Positions 10,602 to 20,475 of a stretch of 64,000 bases of DNA are shown piece by piece. Origin of the DNA: an uncultured beta proteobacterium. GTDB lineage: Bacteria; Pseudomonadota; Gammaproteobacteria; Burkholderiales; JAEUMW01. Positions within the stretch are counted from its first letter, which is position 1. Each line of letters begins with the position of its first letter. Under the pieces are notes generated by a model. That model did not search any database. It had not been told where the DNA came from and was given only the letters and a program-made list of their open reading frames with translations. Made by a program: the position numbers and the translations under genes. The stretch covers positions 326,099 through 390,098 of the forward strand of contig CAVTGS010000012.1 in the NCBI GenBank assembly GCA_963734295.1, in the 5' to 3' direction.

Positions 10602-11345
10602 TCAGGGTTCCAGCCAGATCAGCGAGGCCATGCGTCCGGTGACCCCGTCGCGCCGGTGGGAATAGAAGCGCGCGGGATCGCCGAAGGTGCAGAGATTGCC
10701 GCCATACACTCGGGTGGTGCCGATCTTCGCAAGCCGTAGCCGGGCGAGCGCGGGGAGATCGGCGAGCCACTTGTCGGGCGCGGCCGGCACGAACGCCGAT
10801 GCGGCTGCGGCATCGTTGCGCAGGAATGCATCCCTGACGTCGTGGCCGACCTCGAACGCGCGCGGGCCGATCGCCGGCCCAAGGTAAGCGACGAGGCGCC
10901 GGGGCGCGACGCCGAGGGCGGCGACGCTACGCTCGATCACTCCCGCGGCGAGCCCGCGCCAGCCGGCGTGGGCGATCGCGATGGCGCTGCCCGATTCCTC
11001 CGCCAGGAGCACGGGCAGGCAGTCGGCGGCGAGCACGGCCAGCACCTGTCCGGGCTGTCGGGTGAAGCTCGCGTCCGCTTCACGGCCGAGGCGATCGCGG
11101 CCGGGATCCGCGACCTCGATGCCGTGCACCTGGCGCAGCCACAGCGGCGAAGCGGGAAGGTGCGCCGCCAGCCGGGCGCGGTTCTGCGCCACCGCGGCGG
11201 GATCGTCGCCGACGTGGTCGCCCAGGTTGAGGCCGGCGTATGGGCCACCGCTTACCCCACCGGCCCGCGTCGTGATAAAGGCGCGCACGCGGGGAGGTAC
11301 CGGCCAGTCGGGCTCGATGAAGGCGATCGCGTCAGCGGTCGGCAC
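10602..11345 (-). CDS. pgeF: Peptidoglycan editing factor PgeF (YfiH/DUF152, laccase-domain)
   Basis: 247-aa ORF with FITTRAGGVS..PYAGLNLGDHVGDDP. Sits downstream of rluD in the conserved rluD-pgeF arrangement. Confidence 0.85.
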   Translation of the reverse strand: MPTADAIAFIEPDWPVPPRVRAFITTRAGGVSGGPYAGLNLGDHVGDDPAAVAQNRARLAAHLPASPLWLRQVHGIEVADPGRDRLGREADASFTRQPGQVLAVLAADCLPVLLAEESGSAIAIAHAGWRGLAAGVIERSVAALGVAPRRLVAYLGPAIGPRAFEVGHDVRDAFLRNDAAAASAFVPAAPDKWLADLPALARLRLAKIGTTRVYGGNLCTFGDPARFYSHRRDGVTGRMASLIWLEP

Positions 11346-12318
11346 GCGCGTTTCCGTGAGTACGCAGCGCGCCGATCAGCGTTTGCATGTCCGCCGGCAG
11401 CGGCACGGTCCAGCGCAGGGGGATACCGCTGGCGGGGTGCACGAGACCGAGGGTTTGCGCGTGCAGCGCCTGGCGCGAGAATGCGATCGCGGCCGCGGGG
11501 CAGGAAGCCGGAAGGGATCTGTGCCCGTACACCGGGTCACCGACCAGCGGGTGGCCGATCGACTGCATGTGGACGCGAATCTGGTGCGTGCGCCCGGTTT
11601 CCAAAGCCAGGCGGAGCAGGGTGATCCCGGCGAACCGCTCGACCGCACGGTAGCGCGTGCGTGCCGGCCTCCCGGCGGCGACCACGGCCATGCGCGTGCG
11701 GCTCACCGGATGGCGGCCGATGGGCGCCTCCACGTCGCCGTCGTGTGCGACCTCGCCATACACGAGGGCAAGATACTCCCGCGTGACGGTGCGCGCCTGC
11801 AACTGGCGCACGAGGGCGACCTGCGCCGGCAGCGTCTTCGCGACGACGAGCAGCCCGCTCGTATCCTTGTCGAGCCGGTGCACGATGCCCGACCGGGGCA
11901 CGTTCGCGGTCTCCGGCGCATGGCGCAGCACCGCGTTCTGCAGGGTGCCGCGCGGATTGCCGCTGCCAGGATGCACCACCAGCCCCGCAGGCTTGTCGAC
12001 GACGAGGAGGGTGGCATCTTCGAACACGATCTCGAGGGGAATGTCTTCCGGCAGCGTCGCCAGCACTTCCGGATCGGGTTCACCGTCTACCTGCACCCGG
12101 TCGCCGGTCCACACCTTGTCGCGCGGCGCCAACGGTGTGCCGTCGCGGGTCACACGACCGCGACGCATCCACGCCTGGAGGCGGCTGCGGGAATGATCGG
12201 GCAGCAGGTGTACGAGCGCCTGGTCCGCCCGCAGTCCGGCGCACGCAAGGGGGACCGTCAGCGTGAGCGGGCCTTCGGTTGCGCTATAATTCGGGCCGTT
12301 CGAATCTTGCCGCACCAT
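11332..12318 (-). CDS. rluD: 23S rRNA pseudouridine synthase RluD
   Basis: ORF 11332..12429 with start at MVRQDSNG (12318) to avoid bamD. S4 domain plus IVHRLDKDTSGLLVVAK. Confidence 0.9.
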   Translation of the reverse strand: MVRQDSNGPNYSATEGPLTLTVPLACAGLRADQALVHLLPDHSRSRLQAWMRRGRVTRDGTPLAPRDKVWTGDRVQVDGEPDPEVLATLPEDIPLEIVFEDATLLVVDKPAGLVVHPGSGNPRGTLQNAVLRHAPETANVPRSGIVHRLDKDTSGLLVVAKTLPAQVALVRQLQARTVTREYLALVYGEVAHDGDVEAPIGRHPVSRTRMAVVAAGRPARTRYRAVERFAGITLLRLALETGRTHQIRVHMQSIGHPLVGDPVYGHRSLPASCPAAAIAFSRQALHAQTLGLVHPASGIPLRWTVPLPADMQTLIGALRTHGNARADR

Positions 12319-12322
12319 TCGT

Positions 12323-13141
12323 GTGTCGACCGCCATGCCGCGCAGTGTAGCCCTCGCCTTGAGCCTTCTCCTATCGCTCGTGCTGGTCGCCGGCTGCGGC
12401 TTGCTGCCGGAGAAGTACGACGAGACCAAGGGCTGGTCGGCCCAGAAGCTCTATTCCGAGGCGCGGAGCGAGCTCGCCGACGGCAACTTCGAGAAGGCGA
12501 TCAAGCTCTACGAAACGCTCGAGTCGCGCTACCCCTACGGACGCTATGCCCAGCAGTCGCAGCTCGACGTCGCCTACGCCTATTACAAGGATCGCCAGTC
12601 CGCCTCGGCCGTGGCGGCGTGCGACCGCTTCATCAAGCTGCATCCGAATCACGTGGCGGTCGACTATGCCTACTACCTGAAGGGGCTCGCGAATTTCAAC
12701 GAAGACCTGGGAATGCTCGGCAACCTGAGCGGACAGGACATGACGGAGCGCGACCCGAAGGCGCTGCGCGAATCGTACGACGCCTTCCGCGACCTGACGG
12801 TGCGCTTCCCGAACAGCAAGTACACGCCCGATGCCATTGCGCGGATGAATTACCTGCTCAACGCGCTCGCCTCGCACGAGGTGGCGGTCGCGCGCTTCTA
12901 CTACAAGCGCGGCGCGTACGTCGCCGCCGCCAACCGCGGCCAGAGCGCACTCACCCGCTATCCGCAGGCCCCGGCCAACGAAGAGGCGCTCGTCATCATG
13001 GCGATGAGCTACGACAAGCTCGGCCTCACCGACCTGCGCGACGACGCTGAACGGGTGCTCGTCACCAACTTTCCCGAAACGAAGTACAAGCTCGGCACCA
13101 ACCCGCACAAGCAGTGGTGGCAGATCTGGAACACCAACTGA
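12323..13141 (+). CDS. bamD: Outer membrane protein assembly factor BamD
   Basis: 272-aa ORF with lipobox LVAGC and TPR-like YSEARSELADGNFEKAIKLYETLESRYPYG. Divergent from rluD, as in many proteobacteria. Confidence 0.9.
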   Translation: MSTAMPRSVALALSLLLSLVLVAGCGLLPEKYDETKGWSAQKLYSEARSELADGNFEKAIKLYETLESRYPYGRYAQQSQLDVAYAYYKDRQSASAVAACDRFIKLHPNHVAVDYAYYLKGLANFNEDLGMLGNLSGQDMTERDPKALRESYDAFRDLTVRFPNSKYTPDAIARMNYLLNALASHEVAVARFYYKRGAYVAAANRGQSALTRYPQAPANEEALVIMAMSYDKLGLTDLRDDAERVLVTNFPETKYKLGTNPHKQWWQIWNTN

Positions 13142-13151
13142 CCGGCAGGCG

Positions 13152-13385
13152 TCAGTCGCCCAGACCGAGTTCCTCCCGCAAGAGCTCCGCGATTTCCGAC
13201 GCGCGCGCGGGCTCCACCATCAGGCGCATGCCCGACAGTCCTACCGGCCCGAAGATCGGCAGCACGCTCGCCAGGTGCTCGTTGGCGATCACGTAGTCCA
13301 CGCCTTCCCGCTCCAGGATCATCTTGATCATGACGAGCTCCTGGAGATCGGCCGGTCGATAGATTTCGGTGAGCGGTGTGTCCAT
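13152..13385 (-). CDS. DUF2007-like small protein
   Basis: ORF 13152..13418 with start at MDTPLTEIYRPADLQELVMIKMILEREGV. Confidence 0.5.
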   Translation of the reverse strand: MDTPLTEIYRPADLQELVMIKMILEREGVDYVIANEHLASVLPIFGPVGLSGMRLMVEPARASEIAELLREELGLGD

Positions 13386-13398
13386 CTTTCCCTTGCCA

Positions 13399-14259
13399 TC
13401 ATCCGAGGGCCAGCGCAACGACCCCGACCGTCATCAGTACTGCCGCGACCCCGCGCCGACGCGCATCGCCTTCCGACAAGAGCCGCGCGCCGAGATAGGC
13501 AGCGATCAGGATGCTCACTTCCCGCGCCGGCGCGACGTAGCTCACGAGCGTGAACTGCATCGCGGTTAGCACGAGAATATACGACAGGGGGCACAGAACC
13601 GCCACGGCGAGAACATCGCGCCGGTGCTCGCGCCACGCCGTGCGCACCGATTCGCTGCGGCCGCGCAGCAGCGGCGTCATCAGCGCGACGCGTCCGACGT
13701 TGGTCAGCCAGTCCTGCAGGATCGGCGGCGTCATCGCCAAAGCGACCGCGGTCTTATCCACCAACGTATAGGCGGCAATCGTGATGCCCGTCGCGAGCGC
13801 GATCCGTACCGCGCGCTCGATGCCCTTGCGCCGGAGCGCCCGTGGATCGCCGGTCAGAAGCAATCCGCCGGCGCTGATCAGCAGTGCACCTCCGAGCGCG
13901 GGAAGGGCCGGGCGCTCGCCCAGGACGATCATCGCTGCGACTACCGTCAGCAGCGGCCCGGTGGCGCGCGCGATCGGATACACGAGCGAAAGGTCGCCGT
14001 GGCGGTAGCCGCGGTCGAGCAGCAGATAGTAGGCGGTGTGCAGTCCCGCGCTCGCGGCGACCAGCGCGATGTTCTGCCAGCCGAGAACGGGCCGCAGAAG
14101 CACGAAGACGCCGAGCGCGAGCGGCGCATAGAGCACGGCCGAGATCGCGGCGAACAGCCAGACGAAGCCGATGCCGCCGCCGGAACGCTTCAGGAGGAAG
14201 TTCCAGCCCGCGTGGGTAAACGCGGCGACGAGCACCAGCGCGAGCGCCGCGGCGGTCAT
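13399..14259 (-). CDS. EamA/DMT family transporter
   Basis: 286-aa ORF, about 10 TM, with two EamA-like halves. Confidence 0.75.
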   Translation of the reverse strand: MTAAALALVLVAAFTHAGWNFLLKRSGGGIGFVWLFAAISAVLYAPLALGVFVLLRPVLGWQNIALVAASAGLHTAYYLLLDRGYRHGDLSLVYPIARATGPLLTVVAAMIVLGERPALPALGGALLISAGGLLLTGDPRALRRKGIERAVRIALATGITIAAYTLVDKTAVALAMTPPILQDWLTNVGRVALMTPLLRGRSESVRTAWREHRRDVLAVAVLCPLSYILVLTAMQFTLVSYVAPAREVSILIAAYLGARLLSEGDARRRGVAAVLMTVGVVALALG

Positions 14260-14308
14260 GGACCGCTTCGCCGGTCAGGCGGGCCGGTGCCCACGGCAGA
14301 AAGAGCGC

Positions 14309-14515
14309 TCAGGCGGCGTCGAAACCGGCTGCGACGATTGCTGCCTTGAACGCGGCCGGCGCTGCCCTCGCGCTGTCGTAGGTCACTACCGCCTCGCCCT
14401 TGTCGAGCGACACGTCCACGCTCTCGACGCCCGCGACCGCCTGCACGACGCGTTTGACGTTCGCGACACAGCCGCCGCAGGTCATGCCGCTCACCTTGAT
14501 CGTCACGGTTTCCAT
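14309..14515 (-). CDS. copZ: Heavy-metal-associated (HMA) copper chaperone
   Basis: 68-aa ORF METVTIKVSGMTCGGCVANVKR with the GMTCxxC motif. Confidence 0.85.
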   Translation of the reverse strand: METVTIKVSGMTCGGCVANVKRVVQAVAGVESVDVSLDKGEAVVTYDSARAAPAAFKAAIVAAGFDAA

Positions 14516-14675
14516 CGCTCACCACCTCGAAAGCGGGATACAGAGCGCACCAAAAAAGCAGAACACCAAGAGAACACCGGATTCTGGCACGCCGCGGGTT
14601 CGGCGCGCGAGGCATCGGAGCCGACCTCGAAAGCGGGACACCGACGGCACCGAGAAAGGGAGAGCATGCCTCGGC

Positions 14676-14812
14676 TTCGGGACCCGTCAAAGCCGCGACG
14701 GCCGCGGCTTTGTGCTGGGGCAGGATGCCGACTTCGAAGCGTGCGTTCCCGGCCTCGTGAGCGATGCGGGCCGCTGTGGCAGGGTACAAGTGAGCATGAG
14801 GATCCCCACACC
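14676..14812 (-). pseudogene. Relic of a second copA-like P-type ATPase (internal fragment, frameshifted)
   Basis: Minus strand reads GVGILMLT...[34 protein letters not shown], parallel to intact Cop[49 protein letters not shown] identity to 16090-16230 is about 75% by eye. Confidence 0.65.
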
Positions 14813-14836
14813 GAGGTTACGCCGGCAGGCGACGAA

Positions 14837-15253
14837 TCATTCCGGCACTACTACCCGCGGCGCCAGCCCCATGCGTCGAGCTCGCCGGGCGAACTTCTTG
14901 TCGTCAAACGAGGCCATGCTGTCGCAACCTCGATAGCTGGCATGATGCAAGGCATCCGCCAACTCCAGCCCGGCTTCGCAATGGGAAAGCGCCTGGAGGA
15001 TGCTCTCTCGATCCTCGACCGTGACCTGGGGTAAGGCCAGAAGGTGATTCATCACTCCTGCAATCTCCGCCGTCGAGAACGCGTAATACCCGCGCAGCAC
15101 CCATTCCAGCTCCAGCAGCACGGTCTTGCAAACCATCAGCGGCCGGCCTGACTCCATCAGCCGCCGCGCGGCCTCCCGCTGCTTGGAGACATCGACGCCA
15201 CCTTGGTCCTGGATGTAATAGCGCGCCAGAACATTGGTATCGAGTCCGATCAC
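14837..15253 (-). CDS. vapC: PIN-domain toxin VapC
   Basis: C-terminal 138 aa of ORF 14837..15664, starting at GTG (V)IGLDTNVLARYY... A GTGA overlap joins it to the antitoxin stop. Confidence 0.8.
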   Translation of the reverse strand: MIGLDTNVLARYYIQDQGGVDVSKQREAARRLMESGRPLMVCKTVLLELEWVLRGYYAFSTAEIAGVMNHLLALPQVTVEDRESILQALSHCEAGLELADALHHASYRGCDSMASFDDKKFARRARRMGLAPRVVVPE

Positions 15254-15504
15254 CTGCTTCGCCCCGTCTTGTCCTTGCCCAGCAAACCGGCCGGATCGAA
15301 ATCCACCGATACGGCCCGCCGCTTGCTCTTGAGCATCCCGAAACCGCTTGCGGGAAGGTCTGCGGGCGTGCTGACGACACGCATTTCCACGTGGTCGCCG
15401 ACCAGGACAAACTCGACCTTGCTGCCCTGACGGAGCCCCAATTGCTGGCGCAGTGGTTTCGGAATGGTGACTTGCCCCTTGCTTGTAATGGACGTAATTT
15501 CCAT
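15250..15504 (-). CDS. vapB: AbrB/MazE/SpoVT-family antitoxin
   Basis: ORF 15250..15543 with start at MEITSITSKGQVTIPKPLRQQLGL (SpoVT-AbrB fold signature). Confidence 0.75.
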   Translation of the reverse strand: MEITSITSKGQVTIPKPLRQQLGLRQGSKVEFVLVGDHVEMRVVSTPADLPASGFGMLKSKRRAVSVDFDPAGLLGKDKTGRSR

Positions 15505-15682
15505 CGCTGGCACCTTGGTAATACCGCGTAAGAATAATACCATTCCTGGGGTGTCGCGGAGGTAGATCGTCCAGAAGGGATGGTGAAGGGGAGTGCTTGT
15601 GAAAGCGCGACGCGTCGCGGCGAAGGGTCCGCGAGCTATCGTCCGACTCGGCGTAAATCACCAATCTCTTGCACTGACCTGC

Positions 15683-18127
15683 TCAGGCTTCTCTTTGCTT
15701 TCTCTGCGCGCGCTGAGGCGCCCGCTCTTCCTGAACCCTTGGCTTCCACCGCCTGAGCGACAACGAATTCGTCACCACCGACACCGAGCTCATCGCCATC
15801 GCCGCGCCTGCGATCACCGGGCTCAGGAATCCGAGCGCAGCGAGCGGTATGCCGAGCACGTTGTAGATGAACGCGAAGAAGAGGTTCTGCCGGATCTTGC
15901 GCACGGTCGCGCGCGAGAGCAGCACCGCGTCCGCGACGCCGGTGAGGTCGTTACGCATGAGGGTGACGTCGGCCGCCTCGATGGCGATGTCGGAACCCGA
16001 GGCGAGGGCGAAGCTCACGTCCGCCGCGGCGAGGGCGGGCGCATCGTTGATGCCGTCGCCGGCCATACCGACGTGGCGATCGGGACCCTTGAGCGCAGCG
16101 ACAGCCGCGGCCTTGTTTTGGGGCAGGATGCCGGCTTCGACGCGTTCGATCCCCACCTCCTCGGCGATACGTGCGGCAATGGCCGCGTTGTCGCCGGTGA
16201 GCATGACGACCCCGACGCCGAGCTCGCGCAGGCGCGCCACTGCGTCCCGGGACGTGGGGCGTAGCGCATCGGCGATGCCAATGAGCCCGAGCGCGCGACT
16301 GCCGGTCCCGACCGCGACGACGGTCCGGCCTTCTCGCGATAACGATCCTGCAAGCGGCGCATCGACGGCAATCCCTGCGGCCGCGAGGAACGACTCCGAA
16401 CCGAGCACGTAGCGTGTATCGTCGATAGCGCCGGTGACGCCCTGACCCGCCACCGCCCGAAAGTCGCTCACCGGCGCGAGCGTCATACCCATCCCCCGCG
16501 CCGCATCGATGATCGCCTTCGCGAGCGGATGCTCCGAGCCCTGCTCGAGGCTGCCTGCGATGTGCAGCAATTCTTCGCGCGTTGTTCCGGCTGCAGGATG
16601 CACGGCCGTCACCACAGGCTTGCCCTCCGTCAGCGTGCCGGTCTTGTCCACGGCGAGCGTCGTAATGGTGCCGGCGCGCTCCAGCGCCGCTGCGTTGCGC
16701 ACGAGAATCCCGTGCTGCGCGCCGCGACCGGTGCCGACCATGATCGCCGTCGGAGTCGCGAGACCGAGTGCGCACGGGCACGCGATGACTAGCACCGCGA
16801 CCGCGTTGACGAGCGCCTGGGTGAAGTCGCCCGCGATGGCCCACCAGCCGGCGAAGGTGAGCAGCGCGATAGCGACGACGACGGGGACGAAGATGCCCGA
16901 TACCACGTCGGCCAGCCGCTGGATGGGCGCCTTGCTGCCCTGCGCCTGCTCGACCAGCCGCACGATCTCTGCGAGCTGGGTGCCGGCGCCGACACCGGTG
17001 GCGCGGATGCGCAGCATCCCTTGCTGATTCTGGGTCGCGGCGAAGACTCGGCTGCCAGCTCGCTTGGCTGTCGCCAAGCTCTCGCCGGTGAGCATGCTTT
17101 CGTCCACGCTCGAGTCGCCGTCGATGACCGACCCGTCCACCGGGATGCGCTCGCCGGCGCGCACGATCACCTCGTCGCCCGCCTCGAGCAGCGCCGCGTC
17201 GACCTCTACGACCTCGCCGGCGCGTACGACTCGCGCGGTCTTCGGCTGCAGCTTGATCAACGCTTCGATCGCGGCCGAGGTCTTGCCCTTCGCCCGCGCC
17301 TCCAGCACCTTGCCGAGCATGACGAGCGTGATCACCGCCGCGCTTGCCTCGAAATAGACGTGGAGCAGGTGGAGGCCGAACACCGTGACGACGGCGCTGA
17401 AGAGCCACGCCATGGTCGTGCCGAGCGCGACCAGCACGTCCATGTTCGCACCGCCGCCGCGTAAGGCGTGCCACGCCCCCCGGTAGAATCGCCAGCCGAA
17501 CCAGAACTGCACGGGCGTCGCGAGCACGAGCTGCAGCCAGCGCGGGAGCAGGTCGGCGTGGCTCGGGCCCATGGCGAACATCTGCGCCAGAAGCGGCAGG
17601 GTGAGCGCCGCGCTCAGCCAGAAGTCGCGCAGCTCGCGCCGGAAGTGGGCCGCGCGCTCCGCTTTCTCCCGCTCCTGGCTCGCGCCGGAGATTTCGTTCG
17701 CGCCATAGCCCGCGCGCGCGACCGCAGCGATCAGCTCGCCGACCCCGATGCTGCCCGGCGGGTAGGTCACCCGTGCGCGCTCGGTGGCGAGGTTTACCGC
17801 CGCGCTCACGCCCGGGAGCTTGGCGAGTACCTTCTCGACGCGTGCGGCGCAAGCGGCGCAGGTCATGCCGGTGATGGCGAGCTCGACGCTGCGGGTAGGT
17901 ACCGTGAAACCGGCGCCTTCGATGGAGTGGACCAGCGCATCGGCCGGGGTGGTAGCGGGATCGAAATCGATCTGCGCCTTTTCAGCCGCGAGGTTGACCG
18001 CCGCCGATACGCCGGGCAGGCGATTCAGCGTTTTCTCGAGTCGCGTCGCGCAGGCCGCGCAGGTCATGCCTTCGACGGGAAGCTCGATGCGCTGGCGGAC
18101 GGTGGTGTTCATGCGGGGTCCCTGCAC
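15683..18127 (-). CDS. copA: Copper-translocating P1B-type ATPase CopA
   Basis: 814-aa ORF with two N-terminal [11 protein letters not shown] domains, CPC motif ([12 protein letters not shown]), DKTGTLT and GDGINDAP. Confidence 0.95.
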   Translation of the reverse strand: MQGPRMNTTVRQRIELPVEGMTCAACATRLEKTLNRLPGVSAAVNLAAEKAQIDFDPATTPADALVHSIEGAGFTVPTRSVELAITGMTCAACAARVEKVLAKLPGVSAAVNLATERARVTYPPGSIGVGELIAAVARAGYGANEISGASQEREKAERAAHFRRELRDFWLSAALTLPLLAQMFAMGPSHADLLPRWLQLVLATPVQFWFGWRFYRGAWHALRGGGANMDVLVALGTTMAWLFSAVVTVFGLHLLHVYFEASAAVITLVMLGKVLEARAKGKTSAAIEALIKLQPKTARVVRAGEVVEVDAALLEAGDEVIVRAGERIPVDGSVIDGDSSVDESMLTGESLATAKRAGSRVFAATQNQQGMLRIRATGVGAGTQLAEIVRLVEQAQGSKAPIQRLADVVSGIFVPVVVAIALLTFAGWWAIAGDFTQALVNAVAVLVIACPCALGLATPTAIMVGTGRGAQHGILVRNAAALERAGTITTLAVDKTGTLTEGKPVVTAVHPAAGTTREELLHIAGSLEQGSEHPLAKAIIDAARGMGMTLAPVSDFRAVAGQGVTGAIDDTRYVLGSESFLAAAGIAVDAPLAGSLSREGRTVVAVGTGSRALGLIGIADALRPTSRDAVARLRELGVGVVMLTGDNAAIAARIAEEVGIERVEAGILPQNKAAAVAALKGPDRHVGMAGDGINDAPALAAADVSFALASGSDIAIEAADVTLMRNDLTGVADAVLLSRATVRKIRQNLFFAFIYNVLGIPLAALGFLSPVIAGAAMAMSSVSVVTNSLSLRRWKPRVQEERAPQRAQRKQREA

Positions 18128-18222
18128 GATCGCAGCTTACTATCCGCCCCGGCCAGGGTGAAGCGATCGGCACGGGGACGCGCCCTGAATATAATGCGGC
18201 CTCCTGCTCGTTCGCCCGACCC

Positions 18223-19341
18223 ATGCCAAGACTCGCTTCGATCGCGCTCAGCCTTTGTCTCGCGGTGTGCGCGCTTTGCGCACTCGCCGAGCCGCGGGAG
18301 GTGATCCGCATCGGCTTCGCGGCGCCGCTCTCCGGTCCGCAAGCCCACTACGGCAAGGACAGCCAGAACGGTGCAGAGCTCGCGATCGAGGAGCTGAACG
18401 CGGCGGGCTTCAGCATTGGCGGCCGGCCGGTGAAGTTCGAGCTCGTGGTCGAAGACGATCAGGCAAGCCCCGCGGTCGGCACGATCGTGGCGCAGCGGCT
18501 GGTGGATCGGAACATCCGCGCGATGGCGGGGCACTTCAATTCCGGGGTCACCATCCCGGCCTCGCGCATCTATCACGACGCCGGCATTCCGCAGCTCTCG
18601 GTGTCGACCAACGTGCAGTACACCCGGCAGGGTTACCGCACGGCATTTCGCGTGATGGCGGCCGACGACAAGCAGGGCGCGGCGCTCGGGCAATACGCGG
18701 TGGCGCGGCTCGGTCTCAAGCGCTTCGCCGTGGTGGACGATCGCACCGCCTACGGTCAGGGGCTGGCCGACGCCTTCGCCGCGGCGGTGACGGCAGCGGG
18801 CGGGCAGGTGGTGAAGCGGGAGTTCGCGACCGACAAGGACGTGGACTTCCGTGCGCTGCTGACCGTCGTGCGCAGTGCCCATCCCGATGCGATCTTCTTC
18901 GGCGGTTACGACGTGCAGGCGGGACCGCTGGCGCGCCAGATGCGGGAGCTCGGCATGACCGCGGTGCTCCTCGGAGGCGAGACCCTGCGCACCGCGAAGT
19001 TCATCGAGCTCGCGGGTCCGGCTGCGGAAGGCCATCTCGCCTCGACGCCCGGTGCGGCGCTGGAGGGGCGACCCGGGGGCGCGGCGTTCACTGAAAAGTA
19101 TCGGCGGCGCTTCGGCCAGGAGACGGGCTTGTACGCACCGTACCTCTACGATTCCGTGATGGTCGTCGCGACGGCGATGCAGAAGGCGGGATCGCCGGAG
19201 CCCTCGAAGTTGGGGGCGGCGCTGCGCTCGAACCGCTACCCCGGGGTCACGGCCGACATCGCGTTCGACGCCGACGGGAACCTTGTGGAAGCACCGCTCT
19301 CCATCTTCCGGGCGAGCGGTGGCCGGTGGGTGCTGCAATGA
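18223..19341 (+). CDS. ABC transporter substrate-binding protein (branched-chain amino acid/LivK-like)
   Basis: 372-aa ORF with a signal peptide and type-1 periplasmic binding fold features. No cognate permease genes are nearby. Confidence 0.75.
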   Translation: MPRLASIALSLCLAVCALCALAEPREVIRIGFAAPLSGPQAHYGKDSQNGAELAIEELNAAGFSIGGRPVKFELVVEDDQASPAVGTIVAQRLVDRNIRAMAGHFNSGVTIPASRIYHDAGIPQLSVSTNVQYTRQGYRTAFRVMAADDKQGAALGQYAVARLGLKRFAVVDDRTAYGQGLADAFAAAVTAAGGQVVKREFATDKDVDFRALLTVVRSAHPDAIFFGGYDVQAGPLARQMRELGMTAVLLGGETLRTAKFIELAGPAAEGHLASTPGAALEGRPGGAAFTEKYRRRFGQETGLYAPYLYDSVMVVATAMQKAGSPEPSKLGAALRSNRYPGVTADIAFDADGNLVEAPLSIFRASGGRWVLQ

Positions 19342-19366
19342 AGCATTGCCCTGGAGGAAATCCCGG

Positions 19367-19978
19367 ATGCTCTATCGAATGCTCAGATTTTTCGCCACGT
19401 CCCTGGTGATGACGGCCGCGCCGGCCGCACTGGCGCAGGAGATCACCCGTGACGCCAAGGCCGACGCGACCGTGGAGACGGGGATGGCTTCGGTCTACGC
19501 GTCCGACCTGGAGGGGCGTCTCACCGCGAGCGGGGCGCTCTACGACAGCCAGAAGCTCACCGCCGCGCACCGCTCGCTGCCGCTCGGTTCGCGGATTCGA
19601 GTAACCGATGCCGCGTCGGGAAAAAGCGTGAGCGTCGCGGTGAACGACCGCTGGGGCGGCGGACCCGGACAGATCGTGAACCTCTCGCAGCGGGCCGCCG
19701 CCGAGCTGGGAATGCACCCCAACGGGCAGCGCAGAGTCGAGCTCACGGTGGAGGCACTCGGGGACGGCAAGCGCCAAGCGTCGACCGCGGGATCGACACC
19801 GCGGCTTCTGCCGGACCGGATCGAGGCGACTGCCAACAATGCCCCGGGTCGAGCGCGGGTGTGCGCCAACGAGGCGGAGATTCTCGGCCTCAAGGATGTG
19901 CTGTGGGAGAGCCATGTCCGCAACTGCCTCGGACGCAAGTCGAAACCCGCTGCCGCCGCCGAGGCCAAAGCGCCATGA
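19367..19978 (+). CDS. RlpA-like (DPBB domain) lipoprotein/lytic transglycosylase family
   Basis: ORF 19283..19978 with start at MLYRMLRFF. Signal peptide, then GMASVYASDLEGRLTASGALYD..LTAAHRSLPLGSRIRVT. Confidence 0.7.
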   Translation: MLYRMLRFFATSLVMTAAPAALAQEITRDAKADATVETGMASVYASDLEGRLTASGALYDSQKLTAAHRSLPLGSRIRVTDAASGKSVSVAVNDRWGGGPGQIVNLSQRAAAELGMHPNGQRRVELTVEALGDGKRQASTAGSTPRLLPDRIEATANNAPGRARVCANEAEILGLKDVLWESHVRNCLGRKSKPAAAAEAKAP

Positions 19979-20451
19979 CCGGAATGACCGCGATGAGAGC
20001 ACTGCTAGTCCTGTTCGTGGCACTCACGTTGGCGGCGTGCACGAACGACCGGCCCCGTACGTCCACCGAAGGATCGAAGATGAAGGTTGTCACCGCCCAG
20101 GATCTCGCAGGCACCGAGTGGCTGCTGGAGAGCCTCGGCGGAGCGAGCGTGCTCGAGCGTGCGCCGGCGACGCTTGCGTTCCCCGAGCCGGGCCGGGTCG
20201 CCGGCAAGGGCTCCTGCAATCGCTTCATGGGATCGGTGGAGATCGGCCAGGGGGCGGTGCGCTTCGGGAAGATGGCGAGCACCATGATGGCCTGTCCCCC
20301 CGAGGTCATGCAGCAGGAGGCGGCCTACCTCAAGGCGCTCGAAAACGCGGACCGCATGTCGCTCGAGGGCCGCTATCTGCTGGTCTACGCGAAGGGGCTG
20401 GAGAAGCCGCTGCGCTTTACCCGGATGGATTCCGTGAAACCTGCGTCCTGA
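19975..20451 (+). CDS. META domain (HslJ-like) lipoprotein
   Basis: ORF 19861..20451 with start at MTGMTAMR and an ATGA overlap with the previous stop. Lipobox LAAC and the motif GSCNRFMGS...MACP. Confidence 0.7.
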   Translation: MTGMTAMRALLVLFVALTLAACTNDRPRTSTEGSKMKVVTAQDLAGTEWLLESLGGASVLERAPATLAFPEPGRVAGKGSCNRFMGSVEIGQGAVRFGKMASTMMACPPEVMQQEAAYLKALENADRMSLEGRYLLVYAKGLEKPLRFTRMDSVKPAS

Positions 20452-20475
20452 GGCGCTGAAGGGCGGCGTCGGAAC

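Noticed and set aside
10981-13050. 689-aa plus-strand ORF across pgeF, rluD and bamD
   Set aside because: It is a shadow ORF crossing three well-supported genes, with low-complexity Arg/Ala composition.
14524-14640. The 17-nt direct repeat as a CueR/MerR-type metal-regulator operator
   Set aside because: There is no dyad symmetry and no -35/-10 context. One copy lies inside copA-relic-like sequence, so a duplication relic is more likely.
14837-15664. 275-aa ORF spanning the vapBC region
   Set aside because: Only the last 138 aa form a PIN domain. The upstream part overlaps the AbrB-type antitoxin ORF in another frame and has junk-like composition.
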